A stretch of 64,000 nucleotides of DNA, filler included, from Asterionella formosa (taxonomy: Eukaryota), in the NCBI GenBank assembly GCA_002256025.1. It is 5 parts of 5 records of this genome, joined end to end, with 100 filler letters (N's around TTAATTAATTAA, not from the genome) between each part and the next. Parts side by side here need not be neighbours in the genome. Positions count along the whole stretch, not along the records: positions 29,198 to 58,292 come from NKIB01001097.1; 4 more parts are not named here. The stretch is one strand, 5' to 3'. Shown one piece after another: positions 34,082-44,997 of the stretch. Under the pieces are notes generated by a model. That model was given only the letters and a program-made list of their open reading frames with translations, was not told the origin of the DNA and ran no database searches. The position numbers were made by a program, and so were the translations under genes. Position 1 is the first letter of the stretch; every line of letters starts with the position of its first letter.

Positions 34082-36823
34082 TTCATACATTACAAATTTT
34101 CCATAAATGGATGCATGACTAATACATTTGATATCATGTTTAAGGGTCCTTGTCATCTATAGTACCGGTACACATCCTGAAATGAAAGATCAAATCAGGA
34201 ACATGACAAGGAACATTGAAGCGACAATACAACACAATGAAACAACATCTTGCGGCTTAGAAGGATTGAAAATTGAAAAGTGAATGGAATCTATCTGTGG
34301 TACGTCAAGGACACGCACATGCCAGGATGATCGATTTTGGGGTTCACAGTGGCTAAATGATTGTTTCCTTATCAAGTATTAGTTGACAATTTGAAAGCTA
34401 GACATGGTGACTAGATGTCAAATCGTCTATGTGCCAAGTAACCGTGTGCTGCTTGCCATTAACAGTGCGATTTACAACGCATGGATCATAAGGATTGATT
34501 ATGAATCCAATTGACTCAATATCCTTCCGAAATTTCTCGTAATACAACAATTATGACTGTAACATGCAATATAGTGCCTTGGTCATCATAAAGTATAGGA
34601 CCTTGCTGTTTTCTTCATAAACAGCGTAGTTCTCATTGAGGTTGGCTGGTGTTGTGCTGGTCATCAAGTATTCGCATGTGGAATGAGAAGCAGACATTAC
34701 ACAATGCAAAGCTGAAATTATCATAGTCTTGCTTGGATTCAGTTCATTGTCTTGGAACCATCAGGTTTTCCTGATAAAAACTAGTTGAAACACATTGCAT
34801 TTTATGAAAGTAATTTGCTTTTTTGTAGTATATTGATTGCCCCTCCCCTACAATGTCGACAATTGATAGCCAGTGATCAGATCCTGTTGCTTCACAGAGA
34901 AACTGCATTTGCCCACTCCTGGTGTCTTGGTCATCATCAGTTTCTGCATCACTTTTAATAGTGCATTCTTGATGCCCTTCCTCTTTGTCATCAGCATCTT
35001 GATTGTGTTGGTCCTTTTCATTTTCACTAGCATCATTGTCACTGTTGTCATCATCTACTGCTATGCAGCAGGCTTTTTCTTGATTGATGTCACTGATGCC
35101 CTTTTCCTCATCAGTGTCACTTTCAATGTTTCTTTCTTGATGCTCTTGCCCCCCTTTGTCAGTGTCAGCACCTTCATTGTGACAACTCTCTTAATTTTCA
35201 CTATCACTATCATCAATGTCACTTATTTCGCTAATATTCAGCATATGAACTGTGATCATCACTCTAGTCGTCTGCATCTTGAACAACGTCAACATAAGAA
35301 CTTTCATTGTTAGTCTCTTTCCATGATCACTATAATGGTCAAGTAGGGGAACCTTAAATGAGATTTCTTGAACACAGATAACTCTGTGGCTTTCTTCCTT
35401 TTCTTGAACTTGTTTCTACTATCGATTGTAACTGATGGCCTTATAATGTTAACCTGCAATAAAAAAAGACCAATAATAGTAGTGGCTGATTGTTAGAAAG
35501 CAAATGTTGTAGAGCAAAGGTTTGAGCAAAACACATATTGAACAATCACCTTTATCCCATGAGTCTGAAACTCGGCCTTTCGAATTCGTCTAATAATGTC
35601 ATTTTTGACTTCAGCACATTGCCAAGAAACACATCTCATTTTTAAATCATTGTCTGAATTGTTTTTCATCATCATCATCACAGAGGTTTCGATCTTGCAT
35701 GAACTTGCACTCCAAATCCAGATTTCATCCTCAGTGCATGTCAAACCATCCATTTATTATTGGAATAATCTAGTTCAGCTGTTCATCAGTGGTTTTGTCA
35801 CGCTTACATGACACTTCATTCCTGAGCTCATCGCAATTTCGACCATCCTTTTCCTCAGCTGGCTGGTATGATGCAAAAGCAAGTACATATTTCTTCAAGG
35901 ATTCTACCTTGGCATACTTTTCATTGCATAGATTATCAAAAACTGCTGCAGAAATTGTTGATGAAATGTTGTCCCTGACAACAAAATGATGTGATCCCGA
36001 CTCAACCTTTTTATGGCTATCTTGCTCATCTTGCCTGATTGGTTGTGATGGAACCACAATCTGCTGCCGCTCACTCCTGCCCAAAGCAGGAGTGGAGCCA
36101 ATCTGTGAGCGGTGTGTATTATGAACAACAACCCCTCTTCCTGATACATGGACTGATAGAATAAAAGTACATTACTTTGTCTATGTCAAGAAAATTATTG
36201 GCTCTTTGGTGAAAAAATGTACAGGGGGTCCAGGATGCTTAATTATGCAGTATCAATTGCTGATGCTTTGCTGATACATTTTCAAATGAAGTGATAAAAA
36301 CAGCCCTTATCTTCCACATGCAGACTCCTTACCAACTCCTGGCATGTGACAAGACAAGGCTGTGAAAAGGCGACTTCAGTCATCATGCATACTCTGGAAA
36401 TAAGTGCACTTCTTGAGCTTAGTCAGCATGCCAAAAAATGGAAAATGACATGCCAGAATTTTTCTAAAACAAAGTATGACAATTAATAGCAATTTGACTA
36501 CAAAACCTTTCAATGCCAAATGTTATACGGCATCAGGAATGCAGTGGAGGTGATGAAGCTAGCTAATGTCCAGTCCAATTGAATTAAGACAAAAGCTGAA
36601 AAGCCCCGCCATTGTAAGAAGCCCCCTAATTAAACAATGAATTGGGGATGACTAATAGAGGATGATAAAGCTTGCTGGCAATTCCCGACTCTTAACAAAC
36701 GACTTACGGGTTTGTTCATATCTGCACTACCACAGAAGGTTCACAAAAGAAACAGCTCCATAATGTTTGTTAGCTTTCTCTATGAAAGTTCAAGGTATCA
36801 ATGAATAAATCAATTCCCTTGCT

Positions 36824-38687
36824 TCATATGGTGCCATTGAAGGAGTTGGTCATCGTAGTTTTAAGGACAAACTCATTTGTCACCTCATTGAACACATATA
36901 AAACATCATGATCACTATTATAATCCTGGAAAGTGTCCAACTCTTGCGGTGGAGCTTGGTCATACTGAAAATGAAGCGGCCATTGGTATTGCTGTTGGTA
37001 AGGTTGTGGAAACTGCTGTGTTGAGTACTGTGGCATTTGGAGCTGGTGCTGGTATTGCTGCTGTTGAGGTGAAAGCTGCTGCGGATGTGTTTGTATTTGT
37101 TGCTGCGTGTATTGCTCTGTTGGTTGGGGTCGCTCCTGTTGGTACTGATGCTGTCGTGGCTGCGGTTCATATTGTACATGACCAGTCGTGTCTTCTTGAG
37201 ATCGTCGAGGTATTCTTGGATTTGGTCCGAACCCACTGGCTTCGACAAGATGGGTTGGTCCATTTTCGTAAGATTGCTGATCATTAAAATTTTCTCGGAA
37301 TTGTCCAGATCCCTCTTCCACTTCTTTTAATTTTACAGTATCTGATACACTGGATGCTAAACCTTCATGCTGCGAAGACTTGCATCGGCGTTCAGAGACA
37401 TCTTTCGATGTCGATGACTTTTTGGATGACTTCTTGGACAAATCCTTGGATGACTTCTTGGATGATTTTTTCGATGACTTTTTCGATGACTTTTTCGACG
37501 ACTTTTTCGACGCCTTAGCTTGCTTAGTCAAATGTTGTGGAGCTGACTCTGACATTTGGGTTGAATCTCCAAGTGTGTCCATCCACATTTCCCCTTCCCC
37601 TCCGTTCAAAGTTTGCTCTGCCATTGGAGCTGGCTGTTTTTTTGTGTGTGGATCGCCTAATGTGTCCAATTGAGTCCATGTTTCTTCTTCCTGCAATGGT
37701 GGAGCTGGCTGTTTTTTTGTGTATGGATCGCCTAATGTGTCCAATTGCGTCCATGTTCCTTTTTCCTGCACTTTCAAAGATGGTGTAATCAATGGTGGAG
37801 CTGACTCTGACAATTTTGGTGAGTCTCCTCCTCGCGATTCCATTTGAAGCCTTGCCTTTTCTTTCTCTTCCTCTGCTTTCGCAGATTGCTCAACCCACGT
37901 TGGAACTGACTGTGGTATTTGTGGCGCAAATCTTAGCGCGTCCATTTGATCCCATACTTTCCTTTTCTCTTCCTCTGCTTTCATAGATTGCTTAGTCAAT
38001 TGGTCGACTTGACGAGACATTGAAGATTGCATTCTCATCATTCTCGTCACTTTTCGTTTTGCGCTTTCCATAGCCTCTTTTAGCTTGGTCAATTTCCTTA
38101 GATTATTCACAGTATGACGCCTTTGGATCTTTGTCTTGACGTTGGTACGGATAGCAATAGAAATTTCAGATTGAGTAACCAGCCATTCCTCCCGAAGCAT
38201 CGTGAACCTCACGTCACGAGGAAGTACCATCTCATACTGCGACCTCCTTGGAGGTCGTTCAGACTCGTATTCATCAATAGTCAAAACAATTGTCTCTTTG
38301 TTGTATTCCCAACTTATACTATTGAATGGAGAGCAAATTTCGCTAGTAAGGTGGACAAAGTCATTGGAGCGAGGGAAGGCAGCATTGAATGACTTACGAC
38401 AATGGAGGGCCAGAGGAGCACGATGGATTGTCTCCAACAGTCCTTGCATATTCCCGAATGTGAATTTTATCCCATTCAACATTCTTTGGAACCTGACTCG
38501 ACGACCCCCATGTGGAATGTAGAGACTCTTCGACTGTTACAACTTTCAGGCTTGACTTCTTTGGCCGTTTCAAGTATGTTGGCAATGAAAGTTTCCTACG
38601 CAATTTCGGCACTACAGCGCTTCTAGAACTCTCCAATAATGTTACCACGTCTCCAGTGGAGCCTGAAGATCGGTTTTTATATCTCAT
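36824..38687 (-). CDS. Hypothetical protein with an IREY-x4-GDNPS-x-SSGPPLSISW motif; intron 38319-38397; low-complexity C-terminus
   Basis: A GTAAGT..TAG intron joins IHIREYARTVGDNPSCSSGPPLS to ISWEY..TIDEYESERPPRR. Contains KKSS repeats, a duplicated TWTQLDTLGDP unit and a Gln-rich tail. I recall this motif from diatom hypothetical proteins but have not verified it. Confidence 0.75.
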
Positions 38688-38863
38688 GGTTCGATACGGA
38701 TTGATGAAATGCACTCAAAATGAAGAGTGCCAGTTGACATTAGAAAGTCTGGACTCGCGTTTTTTTGATGCCCGTACATGTACATAGATTGATGTACCCG
38801 TATGTAGAATGCCGGAATATTTATTGTTCGGCATAACTTGTGTTCTGATTGTAGTTTTTACAA

Positions 38864-38996
38864 TGGTACCAGGTACCGAAATTGTGAATCCAATACTGGT
38901 AAAATTTTGCTTGCAGTTTTGTCGATGCGATGGCGATGCATGAAATGTTTATTCCTCTGAGTTCTTCATACGGTACCCGGTACCAGGTACCAGGTA
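38864..38996. repeat. GGTACC microrepeat cluster upstream of the 38687 gene
   Basis: ggtaccaggtacc and ggtacccggtaccaggtaccaggta. Confidence 0.75.
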
Positions 38997-41900
38997 TGTG
39001 CTATCCATAAAATTTCCTGCTCGTCGCTCATCGTTTTCCGACTAATAATATTAAGTAAATGCATTGGAATCAGTAATAAACTGCCATGACCCATTTAGAA
39101 TCATTATTTGTTCTGCTCTGACGCACCGATTGAACACAGAATAACACGTTTCGGTATCAAAACTTAAGTACATGTAAATTCTGAGAGCTCTGGCTCCATC
39201 CCGAGTAAGGGTATATATCGAAAACCCCGTGTTAATGGAGCCACGACTGTGCACACCGGAACATTACTTACCTTGTTATGACTTATTTTACCTTAGTGGG
39301 GGGTCATTTTGACAAAATGTCCGGAGATTGATATTTACCGGGGTACTGATCTTGTCATTTCACCTTATTGTGGTCATAGTAGTCGTTTTGTGTTGCGTTT
39401 AACTTAACCATCCGGCGTGCCCCATTCCAGGCCTAAGAGCCTTTTTGCAATCCAATTATGTAATCCCAGACAGCATTTTTTCAAGGGTTAAAATATTCCT
39501 TATTGGAACTGAATGTCCAATAATGTCATAAATCTTTTTTGTGCATTCAGTCAGTTTACCTAATAAAATCCAATAATGTCATAGCCAGAAAAATGCGCCA
39601 ATGACCTTATCAATTCTGACAAGGCCAAATGTTCTTTGTGCCCAGCCATAAAGAACTTTTCTTTTGTATAAAAATATTATAAATATATAATTATCACATT
39701 TTACCATCCACAAGGAATGGCTTATTTGGTTGAGCACATTGTCTTTGATCTGAATTTGTATGATTCGATTCCCGCATTTTTTTGAAGCAATTGTTGTGTT
39801 CGACTCCCACACTCCTTACCATCCTGGATTGCCTCCCCTTGTGCAAGAATTAGTGGTTTTGCCCCCCTACAAGCAGCTTGTGTCGCCTTCCTAGGCGGTC
39901 GGAGTTTCCCCTAACACTGCAGCTAAAAACAATCACCTTCTACAAAATGGGGTTGGGACTCGCCTTTGCTAACAATACTAGGGAAGCACAGGTCTTGCCG
40001 GCAGGTAGCACAATGAATACTTGCCTAGAAATTAGGGAGTACTACTAATGGGCTATAAAACATGCTATTCTTATAATCGATTTCGACATGAATAAAATTT
40101 CTTATTCCCAGATGCTGATGTGAGAATGAGGATTGATATAGCTACTGTCACCTATTCTAGATCCATTAATGGACAACCTACAGAACTGACCACAGAGTTT
40201 GCACCATGTCACCATTCAGCTGGTCTGACCACACATGTGAAGGATATATTATTGATTGCACTTAGATAAACATCAGTCATAATAGAGGATACAATTTAAA
40301 GCAAATTTATCCTGTTTTATCCAGTACTTTCAAGGAATGTATTGTAACAGTTGCAATGCTCTCTGAGTGGGTTTACTACCCTGATCGCTTTCCCTTAATA
40401 CTGCACACTAATGACCTTTTGTACAGTATGTACCAAGCTAGATTTACTAGTATATCATTAGATGGTATAAGTCCTATATAACGTTAACCTTATAGGCTCT
40501 TCTATACAGACCATATACTTGTTTACTCTCACTTTAGAGATTTACACAGTACACACTGTGTATGCATACCACGTCAACCATAAGTGAAAGGTGTACCCTT
40601 TTACATTACACACATGACTACTACCATGGAACCCATACATAGTAGATATAGATGTATACGAGAGTGATCATGATTAGTACTTGATTCTATACACACGGTT
40701 ATTTGTACGTAGCTCGTAGTACATATTGCATTATGTACCCGCAGCTATATGTTATGTGATAATTATTGGTACAGATGTCCCTCTAGAATAGACGTACCAA
40801 TGCTAGGCTAAAACATGTCACCTAGCATACTCTTGACACCTATTAGTACTTCTCATCAAGACCCTTGTGAGTGCCCTTCGACTAGGAGCAAATATAGATA
40901 CACTAATCGTTAAGCTCATAATTAGCTACTACCCAGAACCTACTTGTTAAATCCTGACAACCGTACTAGGGCAACTAATATACCGTATAATTTAGTGTCC
41001 TGGTCCCCTAAATGTACAAAGCCGTTACTGAATTTGAATAATTATACTTAAGAGGGGGCCAGGAAAATGAAGAGATTTCCCTTTTAATGGACCTACCTAA
41101 ATTTTATCGGTTCTACAGGATGGAGCGCATTTTTCTAATATGGAGTAATACGACAACTATTTCCATTGCACATCATCCATGTTTTGCAGAGTATACTTGT
41201 CCAAAAACATTTCCTGCTGTGCTCCTTTAGAAATGGGAGGATGGATCTTTTCATTGCAGTGTAACCTTCTTTGCGATTTCACATGGAAATATGCATCAAT
41301 ATATTGCCTTTTTCTGCCATCTTTGATCTTGAGATATTTTTGTCGGTCTGCTGGATTAAGTTCGAAGACTGCCTGAGATGGAAGCTCTACAATTCCATGA
41401 GCGATAGTAAGCATTTTCATTGCAATATCTGAGTCTTTAATTGCCACAAAAATCTTTTCTAATTACTGTTTGAATAGGACTGATTGTGTCGCAAAGTCGC
41501 CATTCTGTGAAAAAATAGTTCTTTTGACCTTGGTTTTCCATCCTATCATCAAACCTGCCTTGTCTGGCCGATCTCCTGCTGGTGAATTGGAGGAGTTGTG
41601 GATGTCAGAAGTGGTAGAAAAATTTTCGCATTTAATTGGTTTGGAGATCCGTTAGCTAGCTACTGTCATGATTTTAGTCTTTTGGGATTCTAAATTGGCT
41701 TGCTCACATATTCCTTCAATTCCAAATCAAATTCATTATCCCCTAGTGTGATTATTTCTTTTGCAAGATCTTCACCTATCATCTGAGTGACTCCGCCACC
41801 ATTCTCAATCTCTGCATCAGATACCAGTAGATTGGATGACTCCTCCTCCTGAACCTTCTCATTGTCCACATCCCTCGCTCACTTCCTCTATGTATCCATC

Positions 41901-42151
41901 ATCCTGTTCCTGGATAGCTATATCGGTTGCATCCGCTCCATTCTTGTATTCTTCATCATGTTCCTTAATTACGCTCATCTTTGTAGTAAATATAGTTATC
42001 TTTAGAAAGAGACCAATTTTATCAGTTGAATTTTGCCAATTGCTGAAGTTTCTTTTTGGTAAGAGGAGATACTACAAAAGTGAATTCACACACATGAAGA
42101 AAACAAAGGTAGTCAAATTAACACTGCACTTGCTATTTGAGGTCCTTGCTT

Positions 42152-43456
42152 TTACTTTCTACCTGCAAATGACATTAACATAATGCCAACCCCAATACCT
42201 ATCGCAAAAGGAGCAAGTATTGGAAACTCCGTCTGGGTGTTCACTTTTTCTTTCCTCACATGCGCTAATTCTCCAATTGACTGATGGTGTTCCTTTTGTA
42301 GTAGCCAATCACTATTTGGTAAAATATCCAGACGAATTCTGTCTGAAAGCAACTCAAGCTCTGTATTTGCCAAAAGGTCATCAACAATGCCCAAAATAAG
42401 GGCATACAGGGATGCGTGAAGCTGTGCAACAAACTCATTGTGAGTTGGATCCAACATTCGCTGCAAAAAGCTCATGTCATTGTCTGCAATCGCATTCACT
42501 CCTGCATTACGGGCAAAGGCTCGGATAGCTTCAATATCAATCTTGGTGGCAGATGATTCTGCTGCCTTTATTAATACTTCGCCTCCATCTAGTCTAGATA
42601 TAGTGGAGGGCTCAAAGAAAAGTCTCATGTCATGACCACAAACAGTGATTCTGAACGTTGCAGCAATGGTATCCAGCACTCGAAAGACAAGCTTGAGACA
42701 ATTTACGTATAGCTGTCGTTCGATAAAATCCGGAAGAAACCTTTGATTCACTGCCTTGTTTGCCAGCAATCTATCAGCAACTTGTTCCAATATATGTTCG
42801 TCAATGCCGGCACTGCCTCTCATGAGTCGCAAGTGCTCTTCCTCCATACCCTCTGTATGAGGCTCTTCATATCGATGTAATTGAATTTTGTGAGCCAACA
42901 TTTCCATCCCATGTAGGTTCGACAATGCGGAGTATACCATGTTCAATGTGAGGCGGACGGTTGATTTGTATATAATTCGTTCCACATAATCTGGGATTGC
43001 CGAGATATTGATGGAGGGATCCTTTAGAATATCGTCGACAAAGTCATTGACCGTTTGAGTCGAGATACCAGTCGGCCACAACGGATTATCGTTCGAAGTG
43101 GTTGAACTACTACCGGTAGTAGCATTAGAAGTAGCATCGTCACAATTGGTTTCCAAGACGGACGGACCAGCAATAGCAGCCAAAAGTGCCACAAAGAATA
43201 CCACGGATCCAAAGTTCCTCTGTGGCTGTCGAACTACAAAATCACATTGCTGTGGAATCGAAATCACTTCTACCGGTACTACAAGTGGCTTGTTGTTGGC
43301 GGGGGTAGTGGTGTAACTTGTACTCGTAATCTGCAAAGCCCTTCTACTGTTTCTTCTTGCGACTGACGTTCCCCCTTTCAGTATTGTTTGAGTCGTCTGC
43401 ATCATCACACAACGGTGCAAGCTACTATTAGTTGAAAGGAGCATTTGGAGAATCAT
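42152..43456 (-). CDS. Hypothetical protein, probably mitochondrial, with an internally repeated domain and a C-terminal TM anchor
   Basis: 434-aa ORF with an Arg/Ser/Thr-rich presequence, a TM segment, repeats INISAIPDYVERIIY / VNQRFLPDFIERQLY and a hydrophobic tail. Confidence 0.75.
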   Translation of the reverse strand: MILQMLLSTNSSLHRCVMMQTTQTILKGGTSVARRNSRRALQITSTSYTTTPANNKPLVVPVEVISIPQQCDFVVRQPQRNFGSVVFFVALLAAIAGPSVLETNCDDATSNATTGSSSTTSNDNPLWPTGISTQTVNDFVDDILKDPSINISAIPDYVERIIYKSTVRLTLNMVYSALSNLHGMEMLAHKIQLHRYEEPHTEGMEEEHLRLMRGSAGIDEHILEQVADRLLANKAVNQRFLPDFIERQLYVNCLKLVFRVLDTIAATFRITVCGHDMRLFFEPSTISRLDGGEVLIKAAESSATKIDIEAIRAFARNAGVNAIADNDMSFLQRMLDPTHNEFVAQLHASLYALILGIVDDLLANTELELLSDRIRLDILPNSDWLLQKEHHQSIGELAHVRKEKVNTQTEFPILAPFAIGIGVGIMLMSFAGRK

Positions 43457-43666
43457 ACCATGTCCAGCACCACGTTACTGATGGCTGATGAATTGTGTTC
43501 TGTTGCTGAAATGCGTGGACCACACGTTATTGAGCTGCAAAATGGACCAAGACATCAGTACCTGTACTACCGTCTAAATAAATAAATAAAAGGTACGTAT
43601 CATACTGCGAGTAGTTTCTTACCAGTACTGGTGGCAGAAAAGCATCACAGAACAAAACTGATTTTC

Positions 43667-43704
43667 AACCAAACCAACCAACCAACCAACCAACCAACCG
43701 ACCA
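43667..43704. repeat. (AACC)n microsatellite in a divergent promoter
   Basis: aaccaaccaaccaaccaaccaaccaacc. Confidence 0.85.
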
Positions 43705-43790
43705 AACCACATCACACCAAAATCAAGCAACCATGGGAATCATAGTATTGTAACGTGCCACTCATCCACTATCTACTACACACAACCATT

Positions 43791-44969
43791 ATGAACGCAT
43801 CTCTACTTACATTCAGGCATGGAAGTCTCGGCTTATGGACGAGCCGCTTGTTGTCATCATCTGCCGCTGCCGCTGCCGCTACCGCTACGGCTACGGCTGC
43901 TCCTTCCATGACGAGCAATGGCAAGATGGAGATTATGGATCTAGCCGAAGCCAAGGGGAAGCAAAGCATGAGTACGTCCAAGACGAAAGCAAACAAGGAA
44001 GCGAAGAAATGGAGAGCAAATGCAGAGTCCATGTGGGATCACTTTAGTCGGATATATGGAGCCAGATGGGAAGCATCGCTTTGCCAGGCACTCGTCAAGC
44101 CATCCAAGATGGCAGCTTTGATCAACCACCATGCTTCTGTTGGGAATAATGATTCGAATGTAGAATCACACCAACTGGAACCAATCACATGGGCGCCTCC
44201 AATTTTGAAAGCCTATACATCCAACCAACTAGAAAGGTTGCCATCACCAACGAAAGATCAAATATCTGGCTTGCCGAACTATTATTGTATGGACCCAGCT
44301 TCGCTGTTACCAGCACTGGCCCTGGATTTACATAATTCGCAGTGTAATTATCCCATTGTTCTAGACCTTTGTGCTGCTCCAGGTGGAAAGACTGTCATTA
44401 TCAACAGACTTTTATCCGAACGAGGGGGAGCATTAGTATCAAACGAGCCGAATAAAATACGACGAGAACGGCTTGAAAGAGTAATTGCGGAACATGTAGT
44501 TGACAAATCCAATCTAAGCATCACATCGTTGGACGGTGTTGTATTTGGAAGCACTAAACACGATTTCAGTGATTTGGAAGGAGCCATTATGGATGGAAAG
44601 TCGAGCATTGCATTTACCCATGTCCTTTGTGACGTCCCTTGTAGTGCGGAGCGACATGTATTACATCAATCGAGCGGTGGAGAATGGACAGGAAAGCATT
44701 CAAGAAATACAAGGCGACAGGTTGCCCTTTTGAAAGCAGCTTGGGCAGTGTGTAGAGAAGGTGGAACAATTGTCTACTCTACATGCTCGCTATCACCACA
44801 GGAAAATGACGAAATTGTGAAAAAAGTGATCACTCAAAGAACATGCAAAATACGACAATTACACTTTCCAATCGGCGAACCAACAGAGTATGGTTGGATG
44901 GTTCTTCCAGATCATCCCACTAGCGTTGGCATGGGCCCAATGTATATTGCAGCAATGCAAAAGGAGTAG
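43791..44969 (+). CDS. NOL1/NOP2/Sun m5C RNA methyltransferase, NSUN3/NSUN4-like, probably mitochondrial
   Basis: YYCMDPAS, LDLCAAPGGK, DVPCS and VYSTCSLSPQEND, with both catalytic Cys present; presequence-like N-terminus. Confidence 0.88.
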   Translation: MNASLLTFRHGSLGLWTSRLLSSSAAAAAATATATAAPSMTSNGKMEIMDLAEAKGKQSMSTSKTKANKEAKKWRANAESMWDHFSRIYGARWEASLCQALVKPSKMAALINHHASVGNNDSNVESHQLEPITWAPPILKAYTSNQLERLPSPTKDQISGLPNYYCMDPASLLPALALDLHNSQCNYPIVLDLCAAPGGKTVIINRLLSERGGALVSNEPNKIRRERLERVIAEHVVDKSNLSITSLDGVVFGSTKHDFSDLEGAIMDGKSSIAFTHVLCDVPCSAERHVLHQSSGGEWTGKHSRNTRRQVALLKAAWAVCREGGTIVYSTCSLSPQENDEIVKKVITQRTCKIRQLHFPIGEPTEYGWMVLPDHPTSVGMGPMYIAAMQKE

Positions 44970-44997
44970 TCAAACCAATGTAGAACATTTACAAACT

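Noticed and set aside
34873..35313. Hydrophobic 146-aa membrane protein
   Set aside because: It is the antisense shadow of an acidic, decayed minus-strand frame.
40343..40959. Solo LTR (TGTAACA...TGACA)
   Set aside because: No matching target-site duplication and no second copy in the window.
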